Source: Bryobacterales bacterium (GTDB lineage: Bacteria; Acidobacteriota; Terriglobia; Bryobacterales; UBA6623). Taken from it: DNA of 64,000 nt. The DNA is taken from contig OY729427.2 of NCBI GenBank assembly GCA_963422375.2, positions 608,001 through 672,000 of the forward strand, in the 5' to 3' direction. Below are positions 31,498 to 42,123 of this stretch, one piece after another. Every line of letters begins with the position of its first letter. Within the stretch, counting starts at the first letter, position 1. The notes under the pieces are model-generated. The model ran no database searches, was not told the DNA's origin, and saw nothing but the letters and a program-made list of their open reading frames with translations. The translations under genes were made by a program, and so were the position numbers.

Positions 31498-32364
31498 CTA
31501 GTCCGCGTCCGCGATCCGGCCCGCCCACCCGACCGCCCGCTCGAGGATCGATGCGTAGTTCGGGTCGCTGTACGTCGCAGCCACGTGGCCCAAGGCGGAC
31601 AGGAAGGCTCGGCCCTCCCCCAACTCGCGGGTCCATATCACCGGGTGGTCCCCCATCGACAGGTCCCGGTCCATCCACAGTAGCTTCAGCCGCTGGTCGT
31701 ATGTCGACTCGTCGACCGAGGCGAGCACCTCGACGCCCGGCCGGCCGCGAAGACTGCGGTCGAACGAATACCACTCGTCGAAGTGCGCCCACGTCTCCTC
31801 CGCCCCCAACATGGTCGGGTGGTCGGTGCCTTCGACGCGAATCGTCGCCGTCTGATGGTCCAACGGATGCCCCGTGAACTGCATGCCGATAACTTCGCGG
31901 GAATACCATTCCCACGACCGGTGCGAATCGTCGACCGAAGCGTGGATCCCGACGAAGCCTCCCCCGGACTCGATCCAATTGCGCAAGGCCGTCCGCTGGG
32001 CGCCGTCCAGCGGGGCACCGCTGGCGTTCAGCCACACCACAGTGCGGAAGCGGGCCAGCAGGGCGTCGGCGAACACCGCGCCGTTCTCGGTGTGAACCAG
32101 CGACCAGCCGCGCCGGCCGGCGATCCGGCGCAGCGCCTCGACACCCGCCGCGATCCCCTCGAAGTGGCGGAACCCGTTGGTCTTGCTGAAGGCCAGCACC
32201 GCGGGTCCGGCTAGCGGCGGAACGGTCGGCGGCACCGTGTCGTAATCCGCGGACGGACGGAAGGCCCGGTACACGCTGCGAACGCCCGGGTGGAAACTCG
32301 CGGCGATGGCGAGGACACACAGCGCGGCGGCGCCCCAAGCGGCTATCCGAATGAGAACGCGCAT
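31498..32364 (-). CDS. ThuA-domain (class I glutamine amidotransferase-like) protein
   Basis: FSKTNGFRH, GGGFVGIHA, DEWYSF, DHPVIW, ALGH. Confidence 0.9.
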   Translation of the reverse strand: MRVLIRIAAWGAAALCVLAIAASFHPGVRSVYRAFRPSADYDTVPPTVPPLAGPAVLAFSKTNGFRHFEGIAAGVEALRRIAGRRGWSLVHTENGAVFADALLARFRTVVWLNASGAPLDGAQRTALRNWIESGGGFVGIHASVDDSHRSWEWYSREVIGMQFTGHPLDHQTATIRVEGTDHPTMLGAEETWAHFDEWYSFDRSLRGRPGVEVLASVDESTYDQRLKLLWMDRDLSMGDHPVIWTRELGEGRAFLSALGHVAATYSDPNYASILERAVGWAGRIADAD

Positions 32365-32676
32365 GCAGACCTCCGGCCATGGGTGCGGGCAGCGCACCGA
32401 ATCGCCCCGCGCGACGGTCGGCAGCCGCCGCGCTCAGCAGTCCAGGCAGGGCCCCGCGGAGCGCGTCAGCGAAGCTCGCTACCGGCCGGTGGCAACTCCC
32501 GCCGCAAGTCGGTATTCTAGATCATGGGGCATGCGTGTCCGAGCCTGCGGCTCGGAGCCGCCGTTCCTAGGGAGGAACGCGGGTCGCGCTCGCTCTAGCT
32601 CCGCAGGTCCTTGGCTGCACTGCGTCGGCAGGCCGGTGCCGGTGCTGCGGCAGCTCGCGACCCAAGGGGGTTCGCC

Positions 32677-34143
32677 ATGGGCAAGGTCACTGGATTCATG
32701 GAATTCGAGCGCCGGGCGACGCCGTACCGGCAGGTCGGGGAGCGGGTGCGTGACTGGAACGAGGTCATGGACCGTCTCGACGAGTCCGAGCTCCGCGTCC
32801 AAGGGGCCCGGTGCATGGACTGCGGCATTCCGTTCTGCCACACCGGCTGCCCGATCAACAACATCATTCCCGACTGGAACGACCTCGTCTACCGCGGGCG
32901 CTGGGCCGAGGCGCTGCGAGTGCTGCATTCGACGAACAACTTCCCCGAGTTCACCGGGCGCATCTGCCCGGCACCGTGCGAGGCAGCCTGCGTCCTCGGA
33001 ATCAACAGCGATCCGGTCTCGATCAAGTCGATCGAGAAGGCTATCGCCGACCGGGGCTGGCAGGAGGGCTGGATCAAGCCGGAGGTTCCGCGGGTCCGCT
33101 CGGGCAAGCGGGTCGCCGTGGTCGGCTCGGGGCCTGCGGGGCTCGCCGCAGCGCAGCAGCTCAACCGGGCCGGTCACCGGGTTACCGTGTTCGAGAAGAA
33201 CGAGCTGCCGGGCGGGCTGCTCGTGCTCGGGATTCCCGACTTCAAGATGGAGAAGCATCTGGTGGCGCGGCGCGTGGACCAGATGGAGGCGGAGGGCATC
33301 GAGTTCCGATGCGGAACCCACGTGGGCGAGACGCTGGAAGCGGCGAGACTCGTGGCGGAGTTCGACGCGGTGCTGCTGTGCATCGGGTCGGAGCATCCCC
33401 GGGACTTGCCGATCCCCGGCCGCAACCTCTCCGGCATCCACTTCGCGATGAACTTCCTGCCGCAGCAGAACCGGCGCGTGGCCGGGAGGTCGGTCGACCG
33501 CAGCTTCGATCTCACCGCCAGGGGCAAGCACGTGGTGATCATCGGCGGCGGCGACACCGGCGCCGACTGCCTCGGCACCTCCCGGCGACAGGGAGCGGCG
33601 GGCATCCACCAGTTCGAGCTGCTGCCGAAGCCGCCGGCCAGCCGGGACGATCCGGGAGGCATGCCCTGGCCAAACTGGCCGTTCACGTTCAAGGTCGAGA
33701 GCTCGCACGAGGAAGGAGACGTGCGCGACTACGCGGTCAACACGCAGGAATTCCTCGGCGACGGCAACGGGAACGTGCGGTCCCTGCGCGCCGTGCGCTT
33801 GCGCTGGCCCGAGCCGGATCCGATCACGGGCCGCCGCCCGTTCCGGTTCGATCCAATCCCGGGATCGGAGTTCGAGGTGCCCGCGGACCTGGTGCTACTC
33901 GCGATGGGCTTCCTCCACCCCGTGCATGAAGGCCTCCTCGAGCAGCTGGGCGTCGATAAGGACAGCCGGGGCAACGTGCGCGCCGGATACGGGGAGTTCC
34001 AGACTTCCGTGCCCAAGGTATTCTCCGCAGGCGACGCCCGGCGCGGCCAGTCGCTGGTCGTCTGGGCCATCGCCGAAGGGCGCAAGGCCGCCCGGGCCAT
34101 CGACATCCGCCTGACCGGCTCGAGCGACCTGCCGGCGCACTGA
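32677..34143 (+). CDS. gltD: Glutamate synthase small (beta) subunit
   Basis: [68 protein letters not shown]. Confidence 0.95.
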   Translation: MGKVTGFMEFERRATPYRQVGERVRDWNEVMDRLDESELRVQGARCMDCGIPFCHTGCPINNIIPDWNDLVYRGRWAEALRVLHSTNNFPEFTGRICPAPCEAACVLGINSDPVSIKSIEKAIADRGWQEGWIKPEVPRVRSGKRVAVVGSGPAGLAAAQQLNRAGHRVTVFEKNELPGGLLVLGIPDFKMEKHLVARRVDQMEAEGIEFRCGTHVGETLEAARLVAEFDAVLLCIGSEHPRDLPIPGRNLSGIHFAMNFLPQQNRRVAGRSVDRSFDLTARGKHVVIIGGGDTGADCLGTSRRQGAAGIHQFELLPKPPASRDDPGGMPWPNWPFTFKVESSHEEGDVRDYAVNTQEFLGDGNGNVRSLRAVRLRWPEPDPITGRRPFRFDPIPGSEFEVPADLVLLAMGFLHPVHEGLLEQLGVDKDSRGNVRAGYGEFQTSVPKVFSAGDARRGQSLVVWAIAEGRKAARAIDIRLTGSSDLPAH

Positions 34144-34159
34144 GGGCGCCGCGGACCCG

Positions 34160-34546
34160 CTAGCCGAACTTCTTGCGGAGGCGGGCGGCGAAGCGCCGGA
34201 CGTCGACCACGAATCGCACGTGCGTGCCCTTGCCGACGGTTTCGGTGCCGTCGGAGGCTTCGACAGCGAAGGTCACGCGGCGGCCGTCGACCTCCGCGAC
34301 GGTGGCCGTGTAGGTGACTTCCTGGCCCATCGGCGTCGCAGCGAGATGCTCGACGCTCACCTTCACGCCGACGCTGTCCTGGCCCTCATCGAGGCGGTTC
34401 AGGATGCCGTCGCGGCAGCAGTACTCCATGCAGCGGATCATCGAGGGCGTCGACAGCGACGGGCGAACGTCGGCACCCAGGAACGTGATGCAGTCGTCCC
34501 GGCGGACTACCCGCTTCTGCTCAAGGACGAGTCCGGGCTCCAGCAC
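34160..34546 (-). CDS. Hotdog-fold thioesterase (FlK/fluoroacetyl-CoA thioesterase-like)
   Basis: STPSMI..ME, SVG..V.VEHLAATP.G, G.G.H.RFVV. GTG start chosen 6 nt after TATGAT. Confidence 0.88.
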   Translation of the reverse strand: MLEPGLVLEQKRVVRRDDCITFLGADVRPSLSTPSMIRCMEYCCRDGILNRLDEGQDSVGVKVSVEHLAATPMGQEVTYTATVAEVDGRRVTFAVEASDGTETVGKGTHVRFVVDVRRFAARLRKKFG

Positions 34547-34595
34547 CCCGCAATCATACATCGGGCCGCGCCGCTACCCGTATAATCGAGTCCCC

Positions 34596-35090
34596 ATGCC
34601 TGCCACGACACGCCGACAGGCGCTCGTCACGATTGCCGCCGGGCTTTCCGCAGGGGGCCTGTCGGCGCAGCGGGAATACGAGCCGCGCACGTTCTCGCGG
34701 GAGGACTACGACCTGCTCGGAGAGCTGGTCGAGATGATCCTGCCCGCGACCGACACGCCCGGCGCCCGCGAGGCGGGAGTCCACGCCATGCTCGACGAGG
34801 ATCTGGCGAAGGACGCGAAGGCGCGGGGCGTCCTAGCCGACGGGATGGCCCGGCTGCGGGCGGAGGGCTTCGCGGAAATGAGCGAGCAGCGCCGCGTCGC
34901 GGCGCTGACCCGCTGCAGCGAATCGACGGGCGATGACCGGGCGTTCTTCGAGACTCTCAAGGGCCTGACCATCGACGCCTACTACTCGACCGAGACCGGG
35001 CTGGTCGACGAGCTCGGCTACCAAGGCAACACCTACCTTGCCGAGTTCCCCGGCTGCACGCACGACCACGACCTAGAGGACGCCGGCTAG
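34596..35090 (+). CDS. Gluconate 2-dehydrogenase subunit 3 family protein (Tat)
   Basis: [34 protein letters not shown]; coupled to the GMC gene. Confidence 0.88.
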   Translation: MPATTRRQALVTIAAGLSAGGLSAQREYEPRTFSREDYDLLGELVEMILPATDTPGAREAGVHAMLDEDLAKDAKARGVLADGMARLRAEGFAEMSEQRRVAALTRCSESTGDDRAFFETLKGLTIDAYYSTETGLVDELGYQGNTYLAEFPGCTHDHDLEDAG

Positions 35091-36724
35091 TGCCCCAGCA
35101 CGAATACGACGTCGTCGTCGTCGGCAGCGGGGCGGGTGGCGGGATGGCCGCCTGGAACCTGACCCGCAAGGGCGCGAAGGTGCTGATGCTGGAGGCCGGC
35201 GCGAGATTCGACCCAGCTACCTTCTGGTCCCACGTCAAGCCCTGGGAGGCGCGAGAGCGCCGCCGACGCGGCGAGCGGAGCCCTGCGTTCGAGTCCCTGC
35301 CGCTCCGCGAGAGCCCTTACGAGACGCCCGAGGGGCAGAGCTTCCTGCTGCGGCGCGTCTGGGGAGTCGGCGGCAAGACCAACATCTGGGGGCGCGTCTC
35401 GCTCCGCTACGGCGACCTGAACTTCTCCGAGCCCGCGGTCGACGGTTGGGAGATCCCCTGGCCGCTGAAGTACAGCGACATCGCCCCGTACTACGACCGC
35501 GTCGAAAGGCTGATCGGGGTGTGCGGCGGGGAGGACGCCTCGGACTTCCTGCCGGGGTCGCCACACCACCTGCCCCCTCCGAAACTCCGCTGCGGGGAGG
35601 TCCTGTTGCGCATGGGGGCCAGGAAGGCCGGCTACACCGTGGTGCCCGGCCGCCGCGCCGTCCTGACCAAGGACTACAACGGGCGGGCGAAATGCCATTT
35701 CTGCGGAGCCTGCGGCAGGGGCTGCGACATCGGCGCGTTCTTCAACTCCCCGGACTACCTGCTGGCGGACGCCTTCGCCACCGGCAACCTGACGCTGCGC
35801 GAGAACGCGATCGTGTCCCACATTCTGGCGGGCGACGACGGCAGGGCCAGCGGCGTGCGCTACTTCGAGCGGCTGACCGGCGCGGAACGGACCGTGCCGG
35901 CCCAGCGGGTCGTGCTGGCCGCTTCCGCCGTCGATTCGACGCGGATCCTGCTCAATTCCAAGTCCCCGGCCTACCCCAACGGGCTCGGCAACGGCGCGGA
36001 CGTGATCGGCCGCTACCTCTGCGAGCAGTTCCGGTTCCACGTGCAGGCCTTCGCGCCGCAGCTGTACGGGCGGCCCGCCACGAACGACGACGGCATTTCG
36101 GGCGGCCACATCTACATCCCGCGCTTCGAGCGACCGGACCAAAAGCGCGACTACATGCGAGGCTTCGGAATCCAGCTCTGGGGCATCGGCTGCGGCAGCA
36201 ACGGTCAGTTCGCGAGGCGGATGCCGGGCTTCGGGGCGGACTTGAAGAAGGAGGTGCGCAAGCGCTACCCGGCCCTCATCCAGCTGCATCCGTACGGCGA
36301 GGTGCTGCCCTACCGGCACAACCGCATCAGCGTCGAGGGCACGCATCCCGACCGCTTCGGCGTGCCGACAATCCGCATAGACTACAGGCTGGGCGAGAAC
36401 GAAGCCAAGATGATTCCGCGCATGTACGACGTGGTGGAAGACATTCTGCACGCGATGAAGGCCGAGCCCCTGCCGTACAAGCGGGGGGCGCTGGACGAGC
36501 TCGGGGCGGCGATCCACGAGCACGGCACCTGCCGGATGGGCGACGATCCCAGACGCTCGGCACTCAACGGCTACATGCAGATGCACGAGGTGCCGAACGT
36601 GTTCGTGACTGACGGCAGCGCGTTCCCGACGCCGACCGAAAAGAACCCGACCCTGACGCTGCTGGCCCTGACGTGGAGAGCGACCGACTATATGGCAGAG
36701 GAGATGCGCGCCAGGAGCATCTGA
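35090..36724 (+). CDS. GMC-family oxidoreductase (FAD)
   Basis: [42 protein letters not shown]. Confidence 0.93.
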   Translation: MPQHEYDVVVVGSGAGGGMAAWNLTRKGAKVLMLEAGARFDPATFWSHVKPWEARERRRRGERSPAFESLPLRESPYETPEGQSFLLRRVWGVGGKTNIWGRVSLRYGDLNFSEPAVDGWEIPWPLKYSDIAPYYDRVERLIGVCGGEDASDFLPGSPHHLPPPKLRCGEVLLRMGARKAGYTVVPGRRAVLTKDYNGRAKCHFCGACGRGCDIGAFFNSPDYLLADAFATGNLTLRENAIVSHILAGDDGRASGVRYFERLTGAERTVPAQRVVLAASAVDSTRILLNSKSPAYPNGLGNGADVIGRYLCEQFRFHVQAFAPQLYGRPATNDDGISGGHIYIPRFERPDQKRDYMRGFGIQLWGIGCGSNGQFARRMPGFGADLKKEVRKRYPALIQLHPYGEVLPYRHNRISVEGTHPDRFGVPTIRIDYRLGENEAKMIPRMYDVVEDILHAMKAEPLPYKRGALDELGAAIHEHGTCRMGDDPRRSALNGYMQMHEVPNVFVTDGSAFPTPTEKNPTLTLLALTWRATDYMAEEMRARSI

Positions 36725-36748
36725 TCGGGCTCTCTTCCCCGCCCCGTC

Positions 36749-38404
36749 TCAGCTCGTTGCCAGCTGCAGGGCCGTGTAGGATCGGGCCGGCAGCCTGACG
36801 GTCATGCGGGTGCCGGGCGCGGGGGCGTCGAACGCGCGGCCCGCGACGCGGGTCGGCTCCTCGAACGTGTTCACGGCCTTCAGGTCGGGCCCGGTGATCG
36901 TCTCCGCCCGGACGACCTTGGCGGGCGTCAGGTCGTGGAAGCGGATCTCCACGTCGCGGTCCTGGTCCAAGTCGCGGTTCAGCATGAGCAGGCTGCAATG
37001 ACCGGCCTCCGGATCGAGCGTTGCCGCCACGTCGAGGAACGGAGCGCTCTCGGGGCGCGTCGCGGGCGCGCCCACGTAGTCCGCGGCGTACTCGCGCTCG
37101 ATCGGGTACGTCTCCGACTCGACAAGCACGTCCAGCACGTCGCCCTTGGCGTACTGGATGCCCCAGGCGTAGGGATAGTAGATGGTCTGCCGCAGCACGC
37201 TCTCCCTGTTGGTGACGAGCGCGGCGATGACGTTGATGATCTGGGCCAAGCAGCCGATCCGGACACGCTTGGCCTGGCGCAGGAGAGTGTTGACCATACC
37301 TCCCGCCAGCAGCGCGTCCTCGAGGTTGTAAACCTCCTCCAGCAAGGGCGGGGCGAAGCGGCCGCGGCCGTTCACATGCTCTTGCGCACGGGCCCGGTAC
37401 CAGACGTTCCACTCGTCGAAGGAGAGCCACAGCCGCTTGGGCGACCGAAGCAGCCCCCGGACGTAGTCGCAGACGGCGATCGTCTCTTGGATCTGTATGT
37501 CCATGTCGAGATTCAAAGCGAGAAACCGGGCCGAATCGCCGCCGGTCGCCTGCGGCGTGTTCTCGTAGTACCGATGCAACGAGAGGCCGTCCACCTCCGG
37601 GTAGCATTCCTCGAGCGTCTCGCGGTCCCAGACCAGGTAGGTCGGCATGAAGGGCCCGCTGGATCCGCAGGCGATCAGCTCGGTCGACGGATCCACCGTC
37701 CGGATCTGGCGAGCGGCGTCCCGCGCCTTGCGCCCGTACTCGCGGGCCGGCATATGGCCGATCTGCCACCATCCGTCCATCTCGTTGCCGAGGCACCAAG
37801 ACTTCACTTCATGCGGGCGCTCGTAGCCGTGCTGGCGCCGCAGGTCGCTCCAGCGAGTGCCCTTCTCGACGTTGCAGTACTCGACCAGCGCGGCCGACGT
37901 CTCCGGGGTTCCGGTCCCGAGATTGGTCGCGAGAAGCGGCTCCGTTCCTACCAGCCGGCACCAATCGATGAACTCGTTCGTGCCGAACTGATTGGTCTCG
38001 AACGAGTTCCAAGCCCGTTCCAGCACGGCGGGCCGGTCGCTCTTCGGTCCGACGCCATGCAGCCAGTCGTAGCCCGATACGAAATTCCCGCCCGGATAGC
38101 GCATGATGGGGCACCGGAGCTCCTGCATCTCGCGGACCACGTCGGAGCGGAACCCGTTGCCGTCGGCCAATGGGGAATCCGGCTCGTAGACTCCTCCGTA
38201 GATGGCGCGCCCGAGATGCTCGAGGAACGCGCCCAGCAGGCGGGGATCCATCCGGGCGCGCTTCCGGGCCGCGCTGACGGCCACGCGGGCCGTCCCGCCG
38301 GTCGACTGGGCGTAGCCGAGGCTGGCGAGCCAAGTCCCGGCCCCCAAGGCCGGCGAGGAGGCGCAGACAGCCTTCAGGAAATCGCGTCGGTTGGATTCGC
38401 TCAT
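36749..38404 (-). CDS. Alpha-L-arabinofuranosidase, GH51 (Tat signal)
   Basis: NRRDFLK, FLEHLGRAIYGG, RYPGGNFVS, WCLGNEMDG, SFDEWNVW, AQIINVI. Confidence 0.93.
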   Translation of the reverse strand: MSESNRRDFLKAVCASSPALGAGTWLASLGYAQSTGGTARVAVSAARKRARMDPRLLGAFLEHLGRAIYGGVYEPDSPLADGNGFRSDVVREMQELRCPIMRYPGGNFVSGYDWLHGVGPKSDRPAVLERAWNSFETNQFGTNEFIDWCRLVGTEPLLATNLGTGTPETSAALVEYCNVEKGTRWSDLRRQHGYERPHEVKSWCLGNEMDGWWQIGHMPAREYGRKARDAARQIRTVDPSTELIACGSSGPFMPTYLVWDRETLEECYPEVDGLSLHRYYENTPQATGGDSARFLALNLDMDIQIQETIAVCDYVRGLLRSPKRLWLSFDEWNVWYRARAQEHVNGRGRFAPPLLEEVYNLEDALLAGGMVNTLLRQAKRVRIGCLAQIINVIAALVTNRESVLRQTIYYPYAWGIQYAKGDVLDVLVESETYPIEREYAADYVGAPATRPESAPFLDVAATLDPEAGHCSLLMLNRDLDQDRDVEIRFHDLTPAKVVRAETITGPDLKAVNTFEEPTRVAGRAFDAPAPGTRMTVRLPARSYTALQLATS

Positions 38405-38563
38405 GGTTCCTTCGCCAGGCACGGGCCGTTCGGCACGCCGCTCCCGCCGGGACCCAGTGCAACCGCCGCACCGCCAGAGAGGGAGAGGGCCCAGCTGCGG
38501 CCCGGGCCGGTCGGGCCCTAGAATCGCAGGTCGGCCGCTCCGGAGGCAACAGGCGGAGCCCGG

Positions 38564-39310
38564 CTAGTCGACCCGGTAGGCCACGATGTTGTGAGCGGCC
38601 AGCCGCTCGCTCGCCTCGATCCGGCAGCCGCTGCGCTCCACGTGGAAGGCGAGCTCGTCGAGCGTCATGAGCTCGCGGTAGCCCAGATTCAGCTCCTCGG
38701 CGAAGGCCCGGTAGAACAGGCGCACGCCCAGCCGGTCGCGGGGACAGGCGCAGATCTGCAGGCCGCCGGGCCGCAGGAAGCGCCGGAAAAGGGCGATCAG
38801 CGACTGCTTGGCTGCATCGTCGTAGTGCTCGATCAGGCCCCAGTCGATGCCGACATCGAACGAACGAGTCGCTTGCACGCGAAAGAAGTCCTCGCGAGCG
38901 TACTCGAAGCGAGCCGTGTCCCGGCGGATCTCCACCCAGCAGGGTTCGCTCCCTCGCGGAGCCCGCGCTCGAACCACGCGGGGCGAATGCAGATAGCGCT
39001 CGTAGGCCATCGGATCGCTGTCGATGAGGAGCACGCGCCCGCCGTCGCCGAACAGCGCCTGGATGATCGCCGCCTCCCACCCGGCCTCCGCCCCGAAATG
39101 CACGATGTCAGGGTCGGGCGGCAAGGGCAGCTTGGAGAGCGCGCGGAGCTTGCCATCAAAGTCGAGAATCGCCCCGCGCCGCTGCTGCAGGAATGCCATC
39201 CAGAGTCTAAGCACGCGCTGCGGAAGACCGCAGTTCCGGTCCCGGTTCACGTCCCTCCAGCTCTGCCGGGCGAGGCGCGCGAAGTTGGCATTGAAGCCGG
39301 ACCAGTCCAT
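38564..39310 (-). CDS. Putative class I SAM-dependent methyltransferase (atypical motif I)
   Basis: IVHFGAEAGWEA, LLIDSD, EDFF, FDVGIDWGLIEHY, LRPGG. Confidence 0.72.
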   Translation of the reverse strand: MDWSGFNANFARLARQSWRDVNRDRNCGLPQRVLRLWMAFLQQRRGAILDFDGKLRALSKLPLPPDPDIVHFGAEAGWEAAIIQALFGDGGRVLLIDSDPMAYERYLHSPRVVRARAPRGSEPCWVEIRRDTARFEYAREDFFRVQATRSFDVGIDWGLIEHYDDAAKQSLIALFRRFLRPGGLQICACPRDRLGVRLFYRAFAEELNLGYRELMTLDELAFHVERSGCRIEASERLAAHNIVAYRVD

Positions 39311-39411
39311 GCTTCCGGTCCGCTGAGGCTCCTTGACCTGCGCACGGTCGAACCGTCGCGATATAGGCACGGCTAGTCGCACCCGGGTAAGGTAGCACCC
39401 GGACCGTCGCC

Positions 39412-40110
39412 ATGGCGCCCGGACGAATCGACATTGGCGTGGTGCGCGCCGTCAGCTGGGACGTGGACGGCACGCTGTACTCGACACGCCGGGCCTCCGC
39501 GAGGCTGCGACTCGGACTGGTGTCGGCCGCGATCCGAGGAAGGGCACGGGAAAGCTGGAGGGCCGGGGTGGCCCTGCGTGCGTTCCGCCGGGGAATGGAA
39601 CGGGCCAGGTCAGAGGGCGGGACCGTGCCTCGCGACGACGAAGGTATCCAATGGCGGCTCGGCCTCGAGCGCGACTGGCTGCTGCCGGCGATCCGAGGCG
39701 CCGGGGCCCGGCCCGGGGTCCAGGCGGCGCTGAGGTTCTTGCAGACACGCGTGGAAGCCCAGGTCGCTCTCTCCGATTTCGAGTGCGGCGCCAAGATCGC
39801 CTGCCTGGGCCTAGCGGACTGCTTCGATGCCACGTACTCCGGAGAGCGCATGGGCCACATCAAGCCGAACCCCGAGCCGTTCCGGCGGATCCTGCGGGAT
39901 TTCGACCTGCCTCCGGAGTGCCTGCTGCACATCGGAGACCGCCCGGAAACGGACGGCGCGGGCGCGGAAGCCGCCGGCTGTGCAGCCCTCGTGCTTGGAC
40001 GGGACTTCCGCTCCTTCCGCGAAGTCGCAGCGGTATTCGAGACCAAGGCGGCCGCGAGAAGAGGCCCGCTTCGCTCCGCCGACCCGTCGCAGGGGCCGAC
40101 AAGACGCTGA
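39412..40110 (+). CDS. HAD-superfamily hydrolase
   Basis: WDVDGTLY, ALSD, KPNPEPF, HIGDRPETDG.GA. Confidence 0.9.
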   Translation: MAPGRIDIGVVRAVSWDVDGTLYSTRRASARLRLGLVSAAIRGRARESWRAGVALRAFRRGMERARSEGGTVPRDDEGIQWRLGLERDWLLPAIRGAGARPGVQAALRFLQTRVEAQVALSDFECGAKIACLGLADCFDATYSGERMGHIKPNPEPFRRILRDFDLPPECLLHIGDRPETDGAGAEAAGCAALVLGRDFRSFREVAAVFETKAAARRGPLRSADPSQGPTRR

Positions 40111-40139
40111 GGCCTGGCCCGCCGCGGCTGGGGTGGGCG

Positions 40140-41702
40140 TCAGTCGATTCCAGAGTCTTCCCACAGTCGGGGGTACAGCGGCAGGAACTTGAATTGGGAA
40201 TCGAGGCCCGCCGCTCCGCCGTCGGGTAGCCGGGCGCGCAGTTCGCGCAAGGTGACCCGCTCCAAGCGGACGCCCCCCAAGCGGCCGCTGCGACGCTTGG
40301 CGCGGTACTCGCCGTTCGCCTCTCCGAGCAACCGGTCGAACCGTTCCGCCAAGCCGGATCCAGAGCTCGCGCGCCCCTGCCCGGCCTGCACGACGACCAG
40401 CCGGTAGCACGGCAGCTCGCTTGCGGGCCGCCTGGACGGGAAGCAAGTGAGCGCGTGGCCCGCCAAGTGGCGGGAGAACTCCGAGCGCAGGCGCTCAAAG
40501 GCCAGCGACACGTGAACGCCCGTCAGCTTCTCGCCGGTGAACGAATACGCCAAGCCTCGGCGGCGCATGAATCGGAGATCGGGCAGGCCTCCCACGAATC
40601 TCTCGACTCTGAACAGGTCATCCGTGCAGTAGCGCCTGAGGCCGTAGCCATTGCTGGCCACTAGCTCGTAGACAGCGCCCACCCTGAGGCGGTCAGGGGG
40701 CAGCAGCCGCGCCGCCTCCCTCGGCCCGCCCGCCTCGAGGAATTCGCAGTACACCCCAAGCGCCGCAGGCAGGAATGCTGTCTCGGCGCAACGGAAGTCG
40801 GGAATCGTCTCGATCGTTTCCGTTGACATCGAATACATTGGGATCCGACGGAACCTGGCGGCCGGCAGGTGGCGCTCGAGGCGCTCCAAGAACGGTGCTA
40901 CGTAGCCGCCGGTCCAGCAGACATAGACTTGAACCGCGGGCGCCCAGGCGGTGATCGGCAAGCTGCCCGGGCTCGCGGCGATGCGTTGCAACCGCTCGCG
41001 GTATCCGCGCGACGCCAGCCGACGCGCCACACGGAGCAAGTCGGTCTCCATACCCGTCGAGCGGCCCGTCCAATCCCGGACCAGAGCAGTGCAGCGCTGC
41101 CAGTCGTCCTCGAGTTGGTCAAAGAATGCTGACAGTGTCGACGGGTTGGTGCTGTACAGGACGCCGGGATTCGACAGGGCCAGCACCCACAGCCGAACCG
41201 CGGCTGCTCCGTATGTTGCCCTGAGAAGGCGGAGCTCCGGCGTGGCGTGGATGCGGTAGGGAGCTTGGAGCGTGGACAGGTAGGACGGCCGGCCGCCCTC
41301 GGTCAGCAGCAAGCCGCTTAACGACCCATCGTCATCCAGAGGGCCGAAGACATACAAGCTGGTACGCCTAACCCGGAGCGCCCGGTAGGCCCGCAGGAAC
41401 GAATCGACAAACACCCAGCGAACCGCAGCGAGCCGTCGACGGCTATACGCCACCCGCTTCGGCTCGCCGCTCGTCCCCGACGTCTGGGCGATCCTCGACG
41501 AGCGATTCGATTGGTCCCCGAGTTCGGCAACGCGGCTCGTCAGCGGCGTGTCGCGGCCAATCCCCAAGCGTCGGCGCAGCCGGGAACGGCTCGGCCCGTG
41601 CCGAGCGATGCGCACACGGTGCATGGCCTCGGCAAGAGCTCCTCCGCACCGCAATGCCAGGCCGATCAGGAACTGGCAGCCGTCATTGGAGACCGAGAAC
41701 AT
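40140..41702 (-). CDS. GH3 (auxin-responsive family) acyl-adenylating/amido synthetase-like protein
   Basis: QTSGTSGEPK, YSMSTE, Y.EFL, YELV...GLRRY.TDD, FTGEKL, N.EY..KR.SGRL, QFKFLPL. Start uncertain (41702 or 41771). Confidence 0.82.
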   Translation of the reverse strand: MFSVSNDGCQFLIGLALRCGGALAEAMHRVRIARHGPSRSRLRRRLGIGRDTPLTSRVAELGDQSNRSSRIAQTSGTSGEPKRVAYSRRRLAAVRWVFVDSFLRAYRALRVRRTSLYVFGPLDDDGSLSGLLLTEGGRPSYLSTLQAPYRIHATPELRLLRATYGAAAVRLWVLALSNPGVLYSTNPSTLSAFFDQLEDDWQRCTALVRDWTGRSTGMETDLLRVARRLASRGYRERLQRIAASPGSLPITAWAPAVQVYVCWTGGYVAPFLERLERHLPAARFRRIPMYSMSTETIETIPDFRCAETAFLPAALGVYCEFLEAGGPREAARLLPPDRLRVGAVYELVASNGYGLRRYCTDDLFRVERFVGGLPDLRFMRRRGLAYSFTGEKLTGVHVSLAFERLRSEFSRHLAGHALTCFPSRRPASELPCYRLVVVQAGQGRASSGSGLAERFDRLLGEANGEYRAKRRSGRLGGVRLERVTLRELRARLPDGGAAGLDSQFKFLPLYPRLWEDSGID

Positions 41703-42123
41703 CGCGTCTCCGGCACTCCTGAGGGCGGAGTCCAGGCCCGTCCGTCGGTCGAGCGATCCCACTGCCAGCAATTCTCGGGAGGCGCGGCCCGTCGAAGTCG
41801 ATCCGGCCGCGGCCCGCCTGCTATCGAATTGTAGGGGCGGCCGATGCAGCGCATGCGGGGAGCGCGACGATTCCTCCTGTCAGTGGCCGGACCCGAACAG
41901 CCGATTCGCCCAGCTACAGACCAGGCGGTTCGGATGCAACATCGAGGTCCGAGACTGCGCACTTCCCAAGATGCAACATCGGAAGCGTGGTAGCTCCCAT
42001 GCCGCTCGGGCAGGCATCCGTTGCCGCTTTTCCAAGCGCGTTGCTGATCATGCATTCTCCGTCTGGTGCAGACTGACGCAACGACTGACGCAACGATGTT
42101 CATGCGTGCAGATCAATAACTTT

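Noticed and set aside
41930..42095. Short repeats (GATGCAACATCG twice, GACTGACGCAAC twice) as a CRISPR array or iterons
   Set aside because: Only two units each, too short, with no spacer periodicity and no cas or rep genes.
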